A DNA stretch of 31,955 bases from the NCBI GenBank assembly GCA_030141605.1, contig JAQGDQ010001628.1:1-31955 (forward strand), given 5' to 3'. The stretch's first letter is position 1. Each line of letters begins with the position of its first letter. The DNA comes from Tubiluchus corallicola. Its lineage: Eukaryota; Animalia; Priapulida. Shown piece after piece: positions 23,996 through 31,955 of this stretch. Under the pieces are notes generated by a model. The model saw only the letters and a list, made by a program, of their open reading frames with translations. It did not search any database and was not told the origin of the DNA. The position numbers and the translations under genes are program-made.

Positions 23996-24413
23996 GTTGT
24001 TGTTGTTGTTGGCATCCTTCTGTCTCGGATGGAGTGTGCGCCAAGAGAGTCAGTTATTGATCACATTGATGGAGCTGCAGCGTCGACTGTGGCTGAGCAG
24101 TGCGATCCTTGAACGTCTCCAGGGCGCACACCTGGGCAAAGTGTACGGAGATCCTGAGTTGTCCAGACAACAGGAAACCCCTCTCTTCCTCCCTGGTGTA
24201 GTCCAAAGAAAAGCGGAGCGATACGTTTGGCACCAGGTTGGCTGCAGGAGCTGCCAGATTCAGTGAGCATGCTGCACTAGTCCGCCTTCTGAGCTCCACT
24301 CCTAATTTGGAAGGTTTACTCCTCTACACATGGCCGTTGGGTCACTTGACCTCCTCCGCCCTCCAGTCGTTGGCTGCTTGTGCAGCTCCTCCGCCTAGTG
24401 TCGAGATACAGTG
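23996..24413 (-). mobile_element. Non-autonomous RTE-clade retroelement (418 bp) with TSD
   Basis: Minus strand ends ...CGAGACAGAAGGATGCC(AAC)n and carries SRIALLSHSRRCSS, the RTE ORF2 C-terminal motif. Perfect 11-bp TSD TTTGTTATAAT at 23985-23995 and 24414-24424. GC content is clearly above the flanks. Confidence 0.85.
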
Positions 24414-24834
24414 TTTGTTATAATAAACGACATAGAAGTTACAGACTCCTTCATTATCACATCTGTCCTTGCTTGTAATATGTGGGAAAGCCAAATTCAT
24501 GATAATTTATAATTTTGTTATGTTAAAATCCTATTTGTGTAACATCTGTAACAATAGCTTATTTACCCTTCTCTTCATTCTTTAGTTCTTTTCATAACAG
24601 TGTAACCTGCTGTATGGTGCATAAAAAGAAATATTTACATCGCATTGATTCGTTTAATACAATTTTTTTAGAAATGCCCAATGTTTTTTTCTGATTTTTT
24701 TGGTGATCTGGTTATTTTTTACTATTTCAACACACAATGTCAAAACATGGAGATTGCATCATTTCTTTTGTAGATCCTTACTGAATGTTAGAAATACACC
24801 TAGTTTTATCTTTTTTTAATTAATAACAATCTAG

Positions 24835-24978
24835 TTCCTCCAACATTGAGTATGACACTTAATGGTGAAGATGTAACCAACGAGACTGAAGTCACAGTTA
24901 AAGCTAACGACACAAATGAAAAATTTAAATGTACAGCTGAAGGTGGGACCCCAAAACCCGTCATCAGCTGGTTTGTCG
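24835..24978 (+). CDS. IgSF exon 7: first half of C2-type Ig domain, unit 2 (not in ORF track)
   Basis: tctag|TT ... G|gtatgt, 144 nt. VPPTLSMTLNGEDVTNETEVTVKANDTNEKFKCTAEGGTPKPVISWFV; paralog of 14966-15109. Confidence 0.9.
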
Positions 24979-25735
24979 GTATGTAATAATTTACTTATTA
25001 GCAGTATTTTTGTTTTTTTTATGATAACAATTTTTATGCCAGCTACTAAGCTATGCTAAAAAGTTACAAAAGTATCAAAAATACCTAATAGATCAAGTAA
25101 TGCATGTGCCATTTCTGATACAAAATCTATATGCGTTCATGGCAAAATCTTATATTTTTACATATTGCTGATTATTCCCAATCCTTTTGCAAGCTACTGA
25201 TACTAGCATGAGTAAAGCTATAGTTTCATTTGCTTGTTAGCCGGTTGGCCTGTGGCCTATTAAACATAATTTTTTATTATATAATTATTTATAGTGCTCT
25301 TAGCATTACTTATAAAATTCTAGCTTTGGTAAAATTCTAGAATGCAGAAAAGAAACTTAGCATAAGTATAAAGTGCTTGAACAAACGAAACAGGTGGTTT
25401 TGCAAGAGCAGTCAGCGTTACTTGCTGAATATGAACTAAGCAACCAGGTGCAATGACAAAAAACGATTTATTTACAAACTACATTTCTAATGATCACCAA
25501 CACTTGCTATTTCAAATGTATAACTGAAACTGCTTTTGAGCTGTGATACCTTCATTTGCAGTACTTACATATCCAAAATATTTCTTGAAAAATAGACCTG
25601 TGCTTTGTTTTACAAATGTCTTCCTTTACAGCATAATTGATAATGCCTGTGCATTATAACTCTACCGGGAATTCACTTTTGCAACAATTAAATAGCGACT
25701 TTGCCTGATACACCATTTTGTAAATGCTTTTTCAG

Positions 25736-25903
25736 ATGCGGAAGATATTACCGATTCTGCAGTACAAGATGATGACGTTAGTACACTGAATTATGCATTC
25801 AGACCTGGTGAAGATGGAGACAATGGAGCAGTTTTACAGTGTAGAGTGTTTGTGCATGAGCTACTGGGAATGCAGTTTATCAATAAAACATTAAATGTGC
25901 AAT
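25736..25903 (+). CDS. IgSF exon 8: second half of C2-type Ig domain, unit 2 (not in ORF track)
   Basis: ttttcag|AT ... T|gtaagt, 168 nt. DAEDITDSAVQDDDVSTLNYAFRPGEDGDNGAVLQCRVFVHELLGMQFINKTLNVQ; paralog of 16739-16906. Confidence 0.9.
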
Positions 25904-26996
25904 GTAAGTTGTTATGATACTTCGCTAAATTTTTTGTTAATGTAACGTAGTCGATAAGCAAATATACCTCGAACGGAACTAAATAATTGCAACCACACAG
26001 AAACTGTCGCTCCAGTCAATGATAGCCTCGATTTTCAGAACATACAGATCAACCTAAAGCCACCTGCATAGGGAATAATTGACACTATTACTTACGACAT
26101 TTTCGTTTGGGGAGGCACGACACAACATTATTGCACAATATTTAGCACTTGAATAAGCGCTTGTTGTTGCATTGAATCCGAGAAACGAAAAGTTAAATTT
26201 ATTTAGAGCAAACAAAAACCGATATTAAACTTGGAGAAAGCTAAATTTGGACAGGGAAATTGACAGTTCAAAGAATCATGAATTTCGCTTACACAATTGC
26301 TGAACCTAAATCTACACTATCATTTTATGCTAACTGCAGAAATACTGGAAAAATTGAATACTTTTACAATTACCTGTTAACAATTGTCACAGAATGGCTA
26401 CATCATTGTTACAGCATTGTTATATAAATGTCCTTGAATGACGTCTTCTGATAAAAGTATCGTTCTCCAAGTTGTAATTTGAAAATTGATTGTGAAGTGT
26501 GTTGAAACATTCTATACTGTTAATATCATTAAACTAAGCTAATAATGAGACATTCCTAGGTACTGAAAACACTTTGTGCTGATGACGAAACAGAGGATGT
26601 ATTTTTACGGGCTGGTTTCCAACACTTTATTCTTGCATTTTGAGGTGGTCGTTAACAGCACTACTGATAGTGACCAGTAACTATAGTTAATGAATAGCGT
26701 CTTACTGAAGCTTGTGTGATCTGTGTCCAAACTACATTTTACCTCCATCTCACCTTTGGAGGAAGAGTAATTTGTAAATTTCCTTTAACTATGATGGTGT
26801 TGTTGGCTACAAATTTCGTTTGAATTATCATACATAAGAGGTTTGTATGCTAACTAATGTGTTTGTGTCAAATTCAGATTTTCCAATCATCTGTATTCTT
26901 TTATTTTACAATATGTTTCATTCTACATTTTAAGTACAGGAAATAAATGTGGTCATTCAACCAAAGAAATATAAACTTGCATTTTTAATGATGTAG

Positions 26997-27257
26997 ATAT
27001 GATGCCAAATTTCAACATCAAAATTCTTCAAGGAAAAGAAACTGTTGTCATTGGTGACACACTAGAACTAGAATGTGAAGCTGATGGGAATCCTGAGCCT
27101 ACGGAGTATGAATGGAGTATAGAAGGAAAGGGTTTATCTGAAAAAGGTCGAATTTTCAAAAAGAATTCAGTTACATTGGACGATGGAGGTAAATACAAAT
27201 GTCAAGCAAGTAACAGCATTGGTAGTGGATCTGCAGAGGTAGAGATAACAGTTAATG
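26997..27257 (+). CDS. IgSF exon 9: I-set Ig domain, copy 2
   Basis: gatgtag|AT ... G|gtaagt, 261 nt, open frame. Confidence 0.93.
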
Positions 27258-30200
27258 GTAAGTTAGCTCACTCTAGTAAATAGACCTTAAAACATTTATT
27301 CTTTTTGTTTTTGGATAATGAATTGAAAAATGACTTTTTTAAAATATCTGAAGATGTGTGTTTACATAAATGTTTGCACTTTACAATATAATTGTCGGGA
27401 AACTGAAAATATGTAAAGAACAACTGTTAACTGTGGGTGCAATGCTGAAGTCTTAATATTGTAGAATTACTGTTGCATTTGCATTTATAGCAGCTGTTTT
27501 TCTTTCTATAGCGTTTCTTGTTTAGGTAATTGGCATCGTCGTAGTATCAGTTGAAAAAATATAGAATAGTGATTAATCAAAATAGGTAATAGATATTTGT
27601 CCATAATAAGTATTGGAAAGTTGTGAAGTAATTGCATAGTATACGTTTGCATGCTGTCACTCTTATTGTTTTGCATAAAATTTCTACAAGCTTGAATATT
27701 ATTTAATCTTTATTCAGCTTTTCACAATTTTTCCCAAATTACTATAATCCCGAATTTTAAATAAAAATTCGTGTCCATTGAAGTGATACGTCCATTCTTA
27801 ACCAGTTTTAACTAACTTTGTTTCTACTTATCCTGAACCATCTGTATTAATAATTATAATTTCTGCCATGTGGTGATAATAACAGTTAGTATCTGAGATG
27901 CTTGAACGATATTTTGTTCCTTTATTGATACATTCAGTATCTTAATCAATTGATAGGGGTCCTATTTTTGGGCAAAAACAAACAAGCTTTAACAGAAACT
28001 ATTTACGAGAATACAAACTGCCGTGCAACAAGTGATAAATATCAAACTATCAATTACGTAACAAAATATCCCTGTTAGATAGTCCATAATTTATCTCCAT
28101 TAGCTCCGAACAGACTACAATTTCTCCATACTCAAAGTGACTATGTGTAACAGTTAAATGTAAAATTACATATAGTTACTGAGGATATTTACTGACATGA
28201 GCTTCGGTTTGTTTACGTACCTGTTGAATAGTTCATTCCTGAGTCCTATAATGGTAACCTCAGATGGTTGAATTTATTGCCATTTGCCTACAGATTTTAG
28301 TTAATAAATAACTCACTTAATCAATATCTTAGCCCTGAATATGTATTTGAGAAGTGGAGGCGGTACAGTCAGTCCTGTGCAAGAGTTTTGCTGAGAATCA
28401 TGTTTTAGTATTTTAAAGGGATGAATTCTCAAATTGCTAACACAAAAATTTGTAGCTTTTGTAGATTTCTCCAGCTTCTGATATCAGTTGATGTCCATGA
28501 TATCTGTCTACTTATTGGCTATAAACGTTCTAGAGAAACAATGTGTATAATTGTGTATAACCATGTGTATAAATAAGCTTTAATTGTCTGTATTGTTAAC
28601 ATGCACTTTAAAATTTGAAATTCAGCGTATCCAAATTCACTGAGGTTTATTTTTTTACAGAAAAAACGATTGTCTGATACTTTTCTTGGTGGTTTATATA
28701 GGAAGAATCTGGTGTGAAGAAGAAAATCTGAGAACTTGATTTCAAACATTTTACGCGTTAGACGTCTCCAACAAAATTCTGTCCCTAGTTAGAAAAAACT
28801 TTGCACTTATAGCATTGTTCACAATTTCAGCATCACAGAAACGACGCAGAATCTAATTAACCGTTGCTAATTAACTAATCATTTATCTTCCGATTTTCTG
28901 ACGTTTCGTGGGCGAACTGAATAAAGCGTTTTGGGAATAATGCACCTTTCGGGCACAAATTCATTAGGAAATTTAATAAAATTTATGTCAAATTTAAGTT
29001 GTGGTTTGCTTCTTTTTACATCTGACTTTAGTTACTTAACTTGCATCACATATTTCACATTTTACGTATGACTGCATTTAGTCATTTCACATGGTAATAG
29101 GTAAACCAATCATAATTAAAGTCAGTTATTTACATCTTTATATGGAATGCTGCAAATCACTTGTAGGCTTATTCAGAAGACCTTTTACAAAACTGGACAA
29201 CTTTACAGTAAGCCTTCTCTTCCTTTTCTTCTGCATCATCATCTAGCTTATTTGTCTTGCTGTTTATTCTTTAGTTCTTTCAAAGTTAGCCTTTCGTTTT
29301 GCAATTAACGTGTCTGATAAATCATATTAGGGTTCATCAAATATTCTTTTCTAATTATATAAAATAAATAAATGAATTTGACAAATTACTCTGCTGTCCC
29401 TGTCGGAATCCATCACGTTGCTGGCTATGTTGGTTTCCATATTTCTATAGTTGCGTTACTTCCTACAGATACCATCACATCTTTCTCTTTATTAACTTTT
29501 CTTTTCTACGCCTTTACTGCTCTTTTCTACTTCACTCAATCCACATTCATTTGGGGTACTCTCAACAAGTAATTACTTCTTGAGTACCCCACGGGTCATT
29601 TGCGGCTTGGCATCTTGTGTACATAATGATAAATATGTTATTAAATTCTTTTGAAGTGCTATACTGTAATGATCGTTGTGGATATATTTAATAAATAAAT
29701 AAAATAAATAATAATGAATGCTTGGCACTACGAAGCTTTAACTTGAACAGCTACTTAATGAAGTCAAGCTGCTATGAAAATGTTCTTCAACAGTTTATTA
29801 TAACCATGTAAGTTTTATTTTAGCTTGTCTTCGTCTATCGTTTTTCGTTATTAGATGTTCTTTTTAATAATAAAAGTGTAATGCGTTGTATGGTATTTAA
29901 AAAGAAATATTTACATCACATCGATAAGTTATACATATTTTTTTAGAAATGCCCAAAGTTCTTTTTTCTGATTATTTTTTTATTTTAGTGAGTTAGTTAT
30001 ACACTTCAACACATGGCGGCAAAACCTGTTTTATATAGATATCAGTGACTTGACTGACTATCAAAGATAATCCTCTTGAGGTTTAGGTGCAGGCAGTATG
30101 GCAGTTGGAACTGTCTAAATCTTTGTCTGTATCAATTCACTAACCTGACTTACCAGTACTTATCTTTCAGCTAAGTTTATGCTGCAACCATTCAGCTATT

Positions 30201-30283
30201 CCTATTACCCTGTTATTTAAAGTAATCAATGTTTTAGTAGAAAGTATCACGATTTACTTGATCAAAACTTGTGTGCAAATCAG

Positions 30284-30628
30284 GTGGACCGCGGTTCTTG
30301 GGAGAACATGACTGTACAACTGAAGTAGAAGTTGGAAAAACTGTGACGCTGGAGTCTGCTGTCTTCTGTTCCAAGCCACAGTTTAGTTCTGCCTCTTGGA
30401 TATGGGATGTAGATAAAGTTATTATCCATGATGATACTGGTGAAGTAATTTACAATGAACGAATCTTTTCAAATCTAACTGATGCTGAAGGAGGTCATTC
30501 AACCGAAGACTGTTTCAAAGTCGAACTTCACATCTTAGAACTTAATAGAGATGATGTCATTGATGGAAAAATTACATTCACTGTGGAAAACGTTGTTGAT
30601 GTGGTCACTTGCAGTATAGATATATTAG
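30284..30628 (+). CDS. IgSF exon 10: atypical Ig domain, copy 2
   Basis: caaatcag|GT ... G|gtaaag, 345 nt, open frame; 8 aa differences from copy 1. Confidence 0.82.
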
Positions 30629-31096
30629 GTAAAGGACGCAAAAGTTCTATTCGTGTGTTTACATGTGGTGCTAATGTATTGCATTGCTTGCAAGATTGCA
30701 GCAGATGTCTCTTGCTTTGCTTGTTTTCAGCTCCATAGCAGCTGATTTCTGCCCAAGTTTTATTCTGGAATGAGATTGTAGAATTTTATTCAAGAATGAA
30801 AGTCGTGATAACAAAAAGCGTAAAATGATTCGTTACTTTGAAGTTTTGCAAGTCTAGCATTTCCCCCAATAAAATGTGAATGTTGTAACAGAGAACTTAC
30901 ATCCCAAACATTTGTGCAGTTTTTTTTTAGTTTCTTTATTTCTTGGGTGGGAAAATATCCTATGCTGTCACTATTTTACATCGCAGTGTATGTGGCAACT
31001 AATATACGTTTTCCACTGATCCTGCTTGAAGTACAGCATTATAATTGCACTTTTATTATTGCAGATTCGTAGTTCATTGTTTGTGATAGTTTAGTA

Positions 31097-31955
31097 CGGA
31101 AGCTTGTGTGACCTGTGTCCAAACTACTTTTTTACCCCCATCTCGCCTTTGGTCATTCAACCAAAGAAATATAAATTTGCATTTTTGAATGATGCAGATA
31201 TGATGGAAAACTTCAATATCAAAATTCTTCAAGGAAAAGAAACTGTTGTCATTGGTGACACACTAGAACTAGAATGTGAAGCTGATGGGAATCCTGAGCC
31301 CACGGACTATACATGGAGTATAGATGGAAATGGTTTATCTGAAACAAGCAGAATTCTCAAAAGGGGTTCAGTTACATTGGACGATGGAGGTTCATATAAA
31401 TGTGTAGCAAGTAACAGCATTGGTAGTGGATCTGCGGAGGTAGAGATAACAGTTAATGGTAAGTTTGCTCACTCTACTAAATAGACCTTAAAACATTTAT
31501 TCTTTTTGGTTTTGGCTAACGACTTGAAAGATGTTTTTTTAAAATACCTGAAGACGTGTATTTACATAAATGTTTGCACTTTACGATATATTTGTCGGGA
31601 AGCTAAAAGTATGTAATGAACAACTGTTAACTGTGGGTGCAATGGTGAAGTCTGAATATTGTGGAATTACTGCTGCACTTACATTTATAGCAGCTGTTTT
31701 TCTGGCTATAACGTTTCTTGGTTAGATAATTGCCATCATCGTGGCATTAGCTGAAAGACATAAAGTAGTGATTGATCAACAGGTAATACGTATTTATCCA
31801 TAATAAGCATTGGAAAGTTGTGAAGTAATCGCATAGTATATGCTTGCATGCTGTCACTCTTATTGTTTTGCATAAAATTTCTACAAGTTTGAATATTATT
31901 TAATATTCATTCAGCTTTGCACAATTTTTCCCAAATTACTATAATCCCGAATTTT
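31097..31955 (+). repeat. Third (partial) copy of the duplicated segment, running off the window
   Basis: Aligns to about 26707-27758 and about 18205-19187. Confidence 0.93.
31198..31458 (+). CDS. IgSF exon 11: I-set Ig domain, copy 3 (gene continues beyond window)
   Basis: gatgcag|AT ... G|gtaagt, 261 nt, open frame. No TM or stop exon in the window. Confidence 0.92.

Larger units (their letters stand above)
26689..31095 (+). repeat. Segmental duplicate of about 18186-23188 (two exons plus introns)
   Basis: Intron and exon sequence align continuously by eye. This copy has only one instance of the 697-bp block. Confidence 0.93.

Noticed and set aside
23871-24423. Overlapping ORFs on both strands as a nested gene
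   Set aside because: They are by-products of the GC-richer RTE-derived insert bounded by TSDs.
12063-31458. Naming the Ig gene as Dscam, hemicentin, Alr1/2 or a definite KIRREL ortholog
   Set aside because: No FN3, TM or cytoplasmic region is in the window and the duplicated unit is multi-exon, unlike Dscam single-exon clusters. Similarity is motif-level only, so no symbol is assigned.
14966-31955. Whole duplication as an uncollapsed-haplotype artefact
   Set aside because: There are three distinct copies of exon C, about 12% divergence between copies 1 and 2, and non-alignable introns around exons A/B, which is more than two alleles explain. Only the 697-bp block remains suspect.

Overview
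AT-rich, intron-containing animal (probably invertebrate) genomic DNA, not prokaryotic. Two genes are arranged head-to-head. (1) Minus strand: the first two coding exons of a G-patch gene matching GPATCH4 (ATG 5637; exons 5577-5637 and 1477-1643); the gene continues past the left edge. (2) Plus strand: a signal-peptide-bearing immunoglobulin-superfamily gene of KIRREL/NEPH/nephrin-like character. I can splice 11 coding exons (12063-31458) into one open frame of about 825 codons with 8 Ig domains; it continues past the right edge and no transmembrane exon is visible. All junctions of this gene are phase 1. Its ectodomain is being lengthened by intragenic tandem duplication of a multi-exon cassette: [split C2 - I-set - atypical Ig] x2, then a third unit that has lost the C2 exons. 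The I-set copies are invariant in their N-terminal third but differ densely in the C-F strand region. The introns hold four minisatellites, a hAT-type MITE with an 8-bp TSD, a non-autonomous RTE element with an 11-bp TSD, CR1/L2 remnants, a long foldback and a near-perfect 697-bp tandem duplication. All alignments and counts were done by eye, family assignments come from motif recall, and no database search was run.
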